Assembly (NCBI RefSeq): GCF_001194135.2
Contig: NC_068994.1
Location: 43,144,769 to 43,180,301 of the forward strand
Length of the DNA: 35,533 bases
Source: Octopus bimaculoides
Taxonomy: Eukaryota
Direction: 5' to 3'
Numbering within the stretch: the first letter of the stretch is position 1; each line of letters opens with the position of its first letter. Below, piece after piece: positions 25,030 through 35,533 of the stretch. A program made the position numbers and the translations under genes. The notes under the pieces were generated by a model, which was not told where the DNA came from, did no database searches, and was given only the letters and a program-made list of their open reading frames with translations.

Positions 25030-25430
25030 AAAGGCAGTGAGCTGGCAGAATCGTTAGCACACCGGGCAAATTGCTTAGCAGCATTTCATCCATCTTTATG
25101 TTCTGAATTCAAATCTGCCAATCATGACTTCGCTTTTCATCCTTTTGGGGTCAATAAAATAAGTACCAGTTGAGCGTTGGGGTTGGTGTAATTGACTTAT
25201 CCCCTCACCCCAAATTGCTGACTTTGTGCCAATCTTTGAAACAAATATTATCGCTATTTATAAGGTAGCAAACTGGCAGAATTGGTACAACACTAGACAA
25301 AATGCTTAGCGACATTTCTTCCTTCTGAGTTCAAATGCTGCCAGGATTGAGTCCTTTTGGATTTGATAAAATAAGTACCAGTAGAGCACTGGGGTTGTTA
25401 TAATCAACTTACCCCTCCTGTGAAATTGCT
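25030..25430 (+). mobile_element. Two head-to-tail SINE family C copies
   Basis: gagctggcagaatcgttagc...aaaataagtaccagttgagc at 25040-25250, then aactggcagaattgg...aaaataagtaccagtagagcactgggg at 25270-25430. Confidence 0.85.
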
Positions 25431-25634
25431 GGTCCATATTCTACTGGGTCAGTTAGAATTCATTAATCTGAGGCAGATTTTCTATGTCCAGATGCCCTTC
25501 CTGTTACCAACTTTCATTTATTTCTAAATAAGATATTTCCTTATAACCAGACATATTTGCATGGAAGATAGGAAGTAATGGATACTGTTTTCATCGTGTA
25601 AAATGGGTCATTTTGTTTTCCTGGAGGCCTTCTG

Positions 25635-26255
25635 ATGAATTCTCACTTATTAGAAAGCAATATACGTCACAAAACAGTGAAGTTGGGGGATAAGAATCTG
25701 ATGCTTTGGGGATACATAAAAAAGGATGGTTCAAGAAAGTTGGTTAAAATTGATGGTAACTTGAATAGTGCCAAGATCATCCAGTTGCTAAAATACAATT
25801 TGATACCAGACTTGGATGAAGATGAGAATTTTCAACATGATGGAGCTCCATGCCACAGATCATGTACAACACAACAGAGCCTGGCTGATGAAGGTGTTGC
25901 TGTATTGAAAGATAGCCCATCTCAGAGCCCTGACTTAAATATCATCAAGCGAATGTGAACAGAATTATAGACAAGAATTCTTTAGAAGAATCCATGCAAT
26001 CTTGAAGAGTTGTGTGAGCTCAGTCACAGAGAATGGCATCTTGTACTTGTGAAGATGGTAAAGGATTTGTATGCATCTCCTCCCAGATGCCTTGGAGCAA
26101 TTATTTAAGATAAGGGAAACTACACACAATATTAACAATGTACAGTAACTTCTTAAAATGAATATCATGTAATAAATTTTCATTATAGACATTTTTCTGT
26201 TTTAAAACACATCTTGATTGGTTTATGTGAGGTGGCCAAAAACTTTTGCACAGCC
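25635..26255 (+). mobile_element. Tc1-like transposase remnant with right TIR fragment
   Basis: KTVKLGDKNLMLWGYI...IDGNLNSAK...FQHDGAPCH...SQSPDLNII, then a frameshifted C-terminus ending KGNYTQY* and a TIR-like ggccaaaaacttttgcacag. Confidence 0.9.
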
Positions 26256-26453
26256 ATTTTTGGTGGTTGTCTCGCATCTTCCCCTCTCATTCAGAATCCC
26301 TACTACAAAATATAATGATTAAGTGTGGAAATGTCTACAACAGGGCCAATGTTTCATCTGTAAAAAACACAATGTGAAACATCCACTTATAAGCTGGCAA
26401 TTAGTAGAAATTTACACTAGTTTAAAGTGTCCAAAGACTTTTACATGGAACTG

Positions 26454-26547
<94 letters not shown>

Positions 26548-26597
26548 NNNNNNNNNNNNNNNNNNNNNNNNNNNNNNNNNNNNNNNNNNNNNNNNNN
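26548..26597. other. Assembly gap (N) between (GT)n and (AT)n
   Basis: N run. Confidence 1.
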
Positions 26598-26663
<66 letters not shown>

Positions 26664-26734
26664 ATATAAATATATATGCATGTATATATTCATGCACTTA
26701 TATATATATTCATACAAACTAGCTTCCCCATGGT

Positions 26735-26885
26735 CCCCAGCTGATAGATATTACTCTGAAGGCACTGGTCAACCTCTGGCTAAAGTAGGAGATACATGTC
26801 TAAGATATTATGCAATGGAATCAACCCTGAAGCACATGACTACATGGTTGTAAAGTTAACTTGTGAACCACACAACTCTGCCTAC
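26735..26885 (-). mobile_element. SINE family B head, highly degenerate
   Basis: taaagtaggagatacatgtctaag...tgcaatggaatcaaccctgaagcacatg...ggttg...accacacaactctgcct parallels 29445-29545. Confidence 0.5.
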
Positions 26886-28151
26886 TCTGTTATTATTCTT
26901 GTTAGAATCCATCTTCCATGTAGCTATTATACAACATTTATCAGAAGATGTTATTCTTTACTACATTTAACAATACCCCAAAGCAGAACAAGTTTCCAGC
27001 ATCAGTTTTATGTCAGTCATTGATTTAAGAAAGAGATAGCATTAATAATTTATGACACATAGTCCAAGTCCTGTCAAGGTTATCTTAATTCTACAACATT
27101 TAAGGTTTTGAACAGTAAATACTGCTGGGATTTATCTGCTGTGATATCCACTCAAATTCAGGAAGATTAACACTGAAAACACCTCCTTGCTAGAAGTCAG
27201 AAGAAGACAGCTAGCATCTACAATTTTGATATAAATGTTTGGTATGCACATGTGTGTGTGTGTGTGTGTGTTTGGTATATATATGTGTGTGTGTGGTGCA
27301 ACAAGCATTGAGAAATATATACACCTCATTGCACACATACATAGGCTTACACATTGGTAAAAGTATTAACATTAATTATCATATGTAACTGGAGGTATAT
27401 TATATATAGTTTCTTACATGGTTTAATATGTTATTTGTTACAAGAGCACCCAATTGTATAAATCTTTCTCCAATAATTTGCATACACCCACTATACATAT
27501 ATACATGTATGTGTGTATGTGTGTATACACATATAAGTATATGCATATATATATGTATGTGCGTGTATACATACATATATATATGTGTGTGTCTGTGTGT
27601 GTATACATACACACACACTATAGAAACTTTTGAAACAGTATCACTGTATGAAGCTAATTACAAATTAAATATCAGGTTGTGTATTATTTAACTGTAAGAG
27701 GGGAGAAATTCTTAAAAAAATTAGATTATACAACTAAAATATGATGTTTGCCTGAAGGCCTTATATCTTTAACTTCCATTGAAAGGGAAATGGGCTCAAG
27801 CAAGTGTAGGTATTCTTAGAACTTTTTTTATGAAGGAGAATGCTCAGTAGGAAGGGTGAAGAATAATGCAGATTTATACAAAATGTCATTGGCTAAAAAA
27901 GATTTTTTTATTTTTATCTTTTTGAGAACTGTATTGCTGTTAGGTAAATGTACAAATAATAAATAATGGGTGATATAATTTTTTTTAGATTCTTGGCTTC
28001 ATGGATGAAAAATATAGCAAGACAGTTATGTGGGTAACTGTACCAAGACTATCCTCTTTAGCAAATCTTTTTACATTCCTCCCACAACCAAATGCTATTA
28101 GTCTCTAAACTCCATAAGCTTACAAGTGTTTTACCATACAGATGTGTGGAT

Positions 28152-28358
28152 GCGCAATAGCCCAGTGGTTAGGGCAGCGGTCTCATGATCATAGGATCGC
28201 AGTTTCGATTCCCAGACCGGGCGTTGTGAGTGTTTATTGAGCGAAAACACATAAAGATCCACGAGGCTCCGGCAGGGGATGGTGACAAACCCTACTGTAC
28301 TCTTTCACCACAACTTTTTCTTTCTCACTCTTACTTCCTGTTTCTGTTGTGCCTGTAG
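28152..28358 (+). mobile_element. tRNA-derived SINE family D, 3' truncated
   Basis: A-box-like tagcccagtgg (28158-28168) and B-box-like gtttcgattcc (28202-28212), followed by a non-tRNA body. No CCA or acceptor stem closure seen. Confidence 0.7.
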
Positions 28359-29139
28359 CTGTATATTTTCGGCTTACCTAAAACATACAGAACAAAATCC
28401 TCTTGAGCTCTCCTTCACAAAGCTCAATCTTCTCCACACAAACACACAACTAACAGATATGAAAAGCTTTCAATCACCCTAGTTTAACAAGATGACTGAT
28501 ATTGATGGAATCTCTTTTATCACCTTATGATTCAATTCGAGATTAACTTTTATTCATACTAAACTCTTCAATCACTCAATCACTCTCGCTCTCTCCCTCT
28601 CTCGCTCTTTATCTCTCTCTCTCTCTCACTCTTACTCTCTCATTCCATCTCTCTCATTCTATCTCTCTCATTCTATATCTCTGGGGTTTTCATGATATTT
28701 AGAAACAGTCTACAATGTGTTTTATCTCCTAACCTCTCTCTGACCCAGCAAAATGCTGATTTACTGCTTTCACATCCATCATTTCAAGATAATGGAAATG
28801 AGTGTCAACAATTATGCTCCTTCATCTATCTATTACTCCCTCATCAGTGACCAAAATTATGAATTCCGCAGAGCTAGACCTAGCAGAGAATTACCCTTCT
28901 ATATCACATATCCTTAACCTTACAAATTTCCATTGTCTGTCATGAGAAATTCCTGGCTAAATTGCCTACCTACAGCTGTGGTCCTCAATTTTTTTGGCTA
29001 TGTTACACACTTGAGATAAAACAAAAAAAATTAATGATATTTTCAAATGAAAAGTTAAAAATTGTTGGCACCTTTTGCATGAAAATTTTTTTAAAAAATT
29101 AATTGTTTTAAATTAGAAAAAATATATAAAAACTATTTT

Positions 29140-29548
29140 TACTCTTTTACTTTTTTACTTGTTTCAGTCATTTGACTGCGGCCATGCTGGAGCACTGCCT
29201 TTAGTCGAGCAAATCCACCCCAGGACTTTTTCTTTGTAAGCCTAGTACTTATTCTATCGGTCTCTTTTTGCCGAACCGCTAAGTTACGGGGACGAAAACA
29301 CACCAGCATCGATTGTCAAGTAATGGTGAGGGGACAAACACAAACACACAGACACGCATACATACATATATATATACATATATACGATGGGCTTCTTTCA
29401 GTTTCCATCTACCAAATCCACTCACAAGGCTTCGGTCGGCCCGAGGCTATAGTAGAAGACACTTGTCCAAAGTGCCACACAGTGGGACTGAACCCGGAAC
29501 CATGTGGTTGGTAAGCAAGCTACTTACCACACAGCCACTCCTGTGCCT
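29140..29548 (-). mobile_element. SINE family B, best-preserved full-length copy
   Basis: Minus strand: A-box-like tggctgtgtgg, B-box-like ggttcagtccc, central CA/TA microsatellite, 3' body and (agtaaaa)n tail. Confidence 0.9.
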
Positions 29549-30214
29549 ATTGTTTTTTTTTTTTTTCAGTCATGCATGTGCATTATAAAATTATGTAAAA
29601 CACATTTTTCAAGACACTGAAGTATTTATATGCATTTGCTTAATGCTTTAACAATATTTTAAAAAATCTATGGCACATCTTATTACCACTGCACCTCAGT
29701 ACATTCTAAGAGAACCACTGAGTTATGATCTACATCTGTTTTTCATTTCTTGGATTTTATAACCAAGCATTCTGTCAAATTATAGAATTGCTGCATGTGT
29801 TAATCAGGATTAATAGAATGTGGTAAGAAAGGGTAAACCAAATACTTAGTTCAGTAATGCCTGATTCAAAATTCTTTCTGTATATTAATAACCTTACGCT
29901 CTGTTACATATAACAACAGATACAGCCGTGCTAATGGTACTCCGATTCACTCCTCTTTAATCTTCTATGTGGAGGCATCATCCACATGCAAGCTAAACAT
30001 ATCATACCAAATATATATTCATCCGCCTCCTAAACAGAAAATCTAGTCTGAATCTCTCTCAACATGTACCAAAGAAAATCTTCAAAATTAATGATATCAG
30101 GAGTGACTCTGTTGCTCTTCACAATAATTTTGTAGCTGTTGGTGTTTGCATTATCATCCATCCTTAAAATGCAAATAGCACAAGGAAGATTCATTTAGAA
30201 TTCTGAACCATAAT

Positions 30215-30390
30215 CTCTAGTGTGAAGAAGCTGGGGAGAGACAGCTAGAATCGATTAAATTGCTTCATTACTGGAAGGATGTAAGGTAAAGTTGACCCCT
30301 TTGAAATTCGAACTCAACTCATAAAGGTTATTGACTAAATGCTGCAGGAAATATATGTTGGCCAATGCTCTACTGATTCTACCAATCTTC
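30215..30390 (-). mobile_element. SINE family C, degenerate
   Basis: ggaaggatgtaaggtaaagttgacc...gaaattcgaactc...ccaatgctctactgattctacca. Confidence 0.55.
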
Positions 30391-31904
30391 CATTTTAATT
30401 CCAACATCAAAGAAATTTCAGAACTTCATTTCTTCCAGCACTGTATGATAGGCAAATGTCTATGGTAGAGTTTATTTTAAGTATTACCGTTAATGTTCTC
30501 CTTAAATGTTAGGTTTAGTTATCTCTTTCAGCATCAGTTTTAATGTTTCTTTTGAAGAGTACTTTTAATGATTCCTTAATGTGAATCTATGGTGTATCCC
30601 AACAAGAGATGTATTCAGATAGAATAGGGTTATCAATTCTTACAAGGCAGCATTTATATTTGACAGAATGTCAATTGCAACAATGAACATCAATGAAACA
30701 CAACATAACATTGGATGGATAAGTTGGACAGGACATTATTTAGACTGGGCAAGAATTTAGTTAGACTGGACTGGACCGGACATAACAGAACAAAAACATG
30801 AGTGGACAGGATATCAATAAGACTCATTGGTACATCAATTAGAATAGTTAATTCATTGATTAAACTGGAAAAAGACTCGAATTAGTATGGTTAACATAAC
30901 AGATAGATTTGGTTATGCATTAATCACATGCATCACCAATAGGACTGAACAGGAAATCAATTAAGTTGATCCTTAATTTAATTGTTAATCAACTTGTTAA
31001 TCTAAGTTGTCAATACATCAATATAAAAAGATAATTTATCAATTCAACTAGAAAGCAAGTAATTATATGGGTCATTATGTCAATTAGACTGGTTTGCACA
31101 TTAATAAAAGTGGTCACTACAGTAATTAGACTTGTCAATGCTAACAACAAAATGTTATTAAATATTCACATAATACATGAAATAAAGCAGCTGTACATAA
31201 AAGATTTAAGGCAGGGTGTTGATAATAGTAAAACAATTTCTTGGTAGTTTGAAAGTGAAGAACACAGATCTGCTGAGTATTTCTGCAAATGAAAATCTCT
31301 AAAGGAGTACAAAGAGATGTTGGATATTGTTGTCTGTCAGTAAAGTTTCTTTATCTTTAATTGTACTTTTTGTATAAATTGAAATTATTAATTCTTAGAA
31401 GATGCTGAAAAACAAAATGTGCAATCAAAGAAATATATCATTTATAGGTGTTAAACATTATGATAGTTCTAAACAAATAATAAAAAGACCAATGACTGAT
31501 CCTCTATGCAGTTGTTCAACCTGCAAGAAATAACAGCAATGAGGTTTGAGACATGAGATTTCCCTCAAATCTCATCCTACCATCTCAAAAAAAAAAAAAG
31601 AAGAAAAGGAAGAAAGAAAGATGAAGAAAACGGACATATTGGACAACATAGTTTTTTTATATACAGAATGACAAGATGGTCATAAGTGGAATGTCTTTTA
31701 GTACAGTGTGCTCAATCAAGGCAGAACTTTGGACTGAACAACAGCATAGTAAAACAGTAAATAAAATAAGTAAATATTGTTGAAACTCTTTGGACGGTCA
31801 ATTGATATATCAGTTAGAATATCTTAGTTATTGATTAAATTACTCTAGAATAGTCTTAGAAATTATGGTTAAAGCAGGCTAAAGAACGTATTGAACTGTT
31901 TGAT

Positions 31905-32060
31905 ATGGTTCACCACCATCAGTTCACCATGAAGAAAGTTCACCACGAGGAAAGTTCACTGAGGAAATATATCCATAGTACCTCATCATCAATAGTTAAA
32001 AGTTATTTTATTGCAAAAAAAAATGGTGCACTGTGGTGAATTGATGACAGTGAACTTACC
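31905..32060. mobile_element. Small MITE-like element with gttcacc subrepeats and inverted ends
   Basis: Left gttcaccaccatcagttcaccat versus right reverse complement gttcactgtcatcaattcaccac. Confidence 0.55.
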
Positions 32061-32690
32061 AGACAGGCTTTTTTATAGGTGCTGAAATATAGCACATTTT
32101 AGAAAAAAAAACCTCAGATGGGGAGGGATTTCTGTCAGTCCCATATTTCAGCTACATATATATTTTTTTCTCTGTTAAGTCACACATATTTGCCTCCTCT
32201 TTGTTGCAAGCTTTACTGGTCAAAAGATCGCGAGTGTCATCTGTGTTTGCTCAAAGCAACACATCTATCCATGAGACCTAGCTTCTTTTCTTCATTTGAC
32301 AAAATGTGCATGTGTGCATGTACTGTTGTTGTCGTTGTTGTTGTCATTGATGTTGTTGTTGTTACATTTGTTCATGTCATGCAAACGTACATTTTCAGCT
32401 ATGAAACAGTGAATGTCCTTGCTTCCAAGTTTTCGTGTTTGTTTCGTTGAGTATTATAATCCTGCTTAACAAGTATTCCAGAGAAAATTCACTTGATAAT
32501 GCTATAAATATGGTCTGGTTTGAGACCAAAATAAACACACGTGTGTACATTTTGAGAACCGACAATGCTAACAACATGATGATGATGATGATGAAAGAGA
32601 CCCCGTGAGACCTTTGACAACAGGCTGCTGTCTGCTCTTACAGAATTAGCCAGAACAGGTAAAATTGAGAGCTTGGAGAAGTAAAATGGA

Positions 32691-32731
<41 letters not shown>

Positions 32732-32759
32732 ATAATAATAATGATGATGATGATGATGG

Positions 32760-32970
32760 TTTCAAAGTTTGGCACAAAGCCAGCAATTTCAGGGGTGGGG
32801 GGTAAGTTGATTTACATCAAACCCCAGTGTTCAACTGGTACTTATTTCATCGATTCCAAAAGGATGAAAAGCAAAGTCAACCTCGGAAGAACTGGAACTC
32901 CGAATGTAGAGGCAGACAAACTACCACTACGTATTTTGTCTAGCACAGTAATGATTCAGCCAGCTTGCTG
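32760..32970 (-). mobile_element. SINE family C followed by (AAT/AAC)n
   Basis: ggcacaaagccagcaatttc...aactggtacttatttcatcga...aaggatgaaaagcaaagtcaacctcgg. Confidence 0.8.
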
Positions 32971-33644
32971 CCTTAATAATTATAATAACAACAACAACAA
33001 TAATAATAATAATTTCTTAGAATGCTGATAAATTAAATAAAATGGTCATTGTATTCTATTGAGTGTACATAGCAAGAATCTGTGGAGTTATTCCTTAATG
33101 AACATACATTGAAATAATTGACATAAATTAGGAAATTTCTACTTTTATAGATGAAAATAGATACACACTGACAGCAATATATATCCCATGTGAAATCACA
33201 TATCATGCACGTATTTGATTGCAAGAAGTCACCTGAGAGTTCATATATTTCTAGAAAACTTTAACCAGCTACTGATTTCAATAAATAAGCTATATTCAAA
33301 CCGAGATACCATCTTTGAGTATTTTAGTCAATCATATCATCCTCAATGCTTATTTAAGTCTGGTATTTATTTCATCATGATATCAATTTATCAAATAGTT
33401 TAACTTTTAACTTTGTAGTACAAAGGAATTAAGTTTAACAAACTGTTTGTGTATACTGCTATATACAAACCTAGACAGAGTTATGCACACGTAAACACAC
33501 ACACACACACACACACACATGTATGTGCCTGCACATACATACATGCATACATACATGCATAAATGCACACACCTATACACATACCCAGATACACATATAT
33601 AATTTCCTTTAAACAGGAAATCTGGAATTCAACATGTGAGCAGA

Positions 33645-33678
<34 letters not shown>

Positions 33679-33710
33679 GTATCTATCTATCTATATATAT
33701 ATATATGTAT

Positions 33711-33802
33711 NNNNNNNNNNNNNNNNNNNNNNNNNNNNNNNNNNNNNNNNNNNNNNNNNNNNNNNNNNNNNNNNNNNNNNNNNNNNNNNNNNNNNNNNNN
33801 NN
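33711..33802. other. Assembly gap (N)
   Basis: N run in (TA)n. Confidence 1.
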
Positions 33803-33824
33803 ATATATATATATATATATATAT

Positions 33825-33990
33825 AGGGAGAATTCACAACAAAACAAAAGACAAAGACAGGTGGTGTAGACAATAAACTGATGTATTAGTATAATGCTTG
33901 AGAAGTGAAAAAGTCTTTAACGTTTCGAGCCTACGCTCTTCCACAGAAAGAAACAAGGAGTGAAAAAAACAGGATGTGTAGTAGCTAGCG
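33825..33990 (-). mobile_element. Penelope-like element terminal (pLTR) fragment
   Basis: Minus strand gaagagcgtaggctcgaaacgttaaagac resembles the gaag...cgaaacgt core of Penelope-like termini and runs into (TA)n. Recall-based assignment. Confidence 0.5.
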
Positions 33991-34074
33991 ATCTATATGT
34001 TTGTGCATGTGTGTAAATAAATATAAATATAAATATTTATATTTATATGAATACACACATACATACACATATAC

Positions 34075-34220
34075 AACATCATCATTGCCATCATCTTTAT
34101 TATTTAACGTCTGTCTTCCTTGCTGACGTTGTTTGTGCAGTTTGATAGGATCTGACTGCATTGAGCTTCAAGCTGCTTCCTGTGTCCACTTTGGCATGGT
34201 TTCTAAAGCAGGATGCTTGA
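34075..34220 (-). mobile_element. SINE family A, degenerate
   Basis: catcatc...tttaacgtctgtcttccttgctg...gtttga...tttggcatggtttcta..gc.ggatgc. Confidence 0.55.
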
Positions 34221-34424
34221 CCCTTTGTTTTTGCAGAGCCTTTGAGACTGAGGATATCCGCAATCCTGTGATCTGGCCTGAATTCTTACAACACAATTCA
34301 CTCTGCCAAATACATCTAATGATGGGATTAGCAGGCACCCACAAATTTAGAATACAAAATGTTGGGACAAAATCTGAAAATGTTGGAACAAAATCTTATT
34401 CAACACTTTGATCATTCTACCGAT

Positions 34425-34560
34425 CTGTCATCTTGGATTGGTACTTTATTTTATCAACCACCAAAACATGAAAGCCAAAGTAGACTTCGGTGGGATTGGA
34501 ACTCAGAGAGCACACAGCCAGAAGTAATACAACAAATCACTTTGTCCTAATGTCTTTGCC
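34425..34560 (-). mobile_element. SINE family C, degenerate
   Basis: ttggtactttattttatcaacc...atgaaagccaaagtagacttcggtgggattggaactcagag. Confidence 0.7.
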
Positions 34561-34939
34561 AATGTTCCACGTGTTAATTTTATTCAATTATTAGAAAATG
34601 ATTTTTTTAACGTTGATATTAAATAAAAAAGGGATGTTGTGGTTTATTGATTTTTTACCAAATGGATAATAATGGTCATAAAGTTGAGACCTGTTTATCT
34701 ATTCAGACCATGAGTATAGTTTAATGTCTGTCACACCTACTTCTACCAATTATGCTTTTAGTATCTTTGTCACTAACTGAGTTGTTCACCAGGTGTCACT
34801 GTGGTTACAGTGTAAGATTATTATGGATTAGACTAGGTTGAGTGTATTGTAAACAGGAACGAAACTTATGAACGTTTTATAATATATTTATTTAAGGAAA
34901 GGCTGTACACGTATCTCCAACTTTCAATTTAAAGCTACA

Positions 34940-35390
34940 GATGGCTAATGGTATGTCCATCCACGCTTAGCATTCGCATCACGCTAGTCTGGAACCGCTA
35001 TCTTGCTCTGTATATCAATCTCCTGGAAACTGTTCAGAAACTTGCAACCAGACAAATACTCTGTGTCAGGTATCTGTCATACTGTGAATGTTTTGCTTCC
35101 CTGAATATGGACACATTAAGGCTCCAACATCTGGTAACTGTTTTGATAGACATCCACAAGATTATCCACCATATTTTCCAACATTGACTTGCGGCATCTT
35201 TTTTAAATTCCATAAATCTAACATTCATGGAAATGCTTAACAACACAGCACCCATAGCATTTGGAAATACTTCTCATATTCGGAATTAATGAAGCATGGA
35301 ATAAACTGCTCACATCAGTTGTTAGCTGTTGGGACACTAGATCCTTCAAAACTTCCATGCTTCCTGAAATTCCCTAACAGTACACCTGAT
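34940..35390 (+). mobile_element. CR1-type LINE, 3' end of ORF2, decayed
   Basis: VWNRYLALYINLLETVQKLATRQILCVRYLSYCECFASLNMDTLRLQHLVTVLIDIHKII matches the VW.P....I..LE.VQ..AT...L.Y.ERL..L.L.TL..RR...DL...KI motif. A later segment reads RINEAWNKL. Confidence 0.85.
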
Positions 35391-35533
35391 GACTCCCAGC
35401 CCCTTGTATTTATCTATTTATTTGTTTATTTATTTATTTATTTATTTCTAACAACTTATTTACTGTTCACTTTCTGTGTATATTCTATGTACTGGGACAC
35501 TACATCAGGTGGTGGTGGTGGTGGTGGTGGTGG

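Noticed and set aside
28152-28225. tRNA gene
   Set aside because: A and B boxes present but no complete cloverleaf, and it continues into a SINE body.
34365-34400. 21-bp tandem aaaatgttgg(g/a)acaaaatct, and short direct repeats at 5415-5455
   Set aside because: Two or three short units only; simple slippage duplications with no spacer structure, not CRISPR-like.

Overview
AT-rich, repeat-dense eukaryotic genomic DNA with six N gaps. It is inferred to be coleoid cephalopod (Octopus-like) from the SINE families and the (TACA)n/(CA)n/(TA)n load, recognised from memory rather than by a search. Nearly all supplied ORFs are microsatellite, gap or antisense artefacts. The window holds many copies of four SINE-like families, two Tc1/mariner transposase remnants, CR1-, RLE- and Penelope-like retroelement remnants, MITE/foldback elements and a Helentron-type non-autonomous element. 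The only host-gene signal is a set of short minus-strand exon candidates (24814-24670, 13919-13843, 2278/2273-2226) with canonical donors that can be spliced in frame into a peptide I cannot name. No intact long gene, tRNA, rRNA or CRISPR array is supported, and I found no demonstrably new system. The best leads are speculative and RNA-level: an ORF split by an in-frame UAG, two AG|GT recursive-splice-like sites and a strand-biased long hairpin, all on the minus strand.
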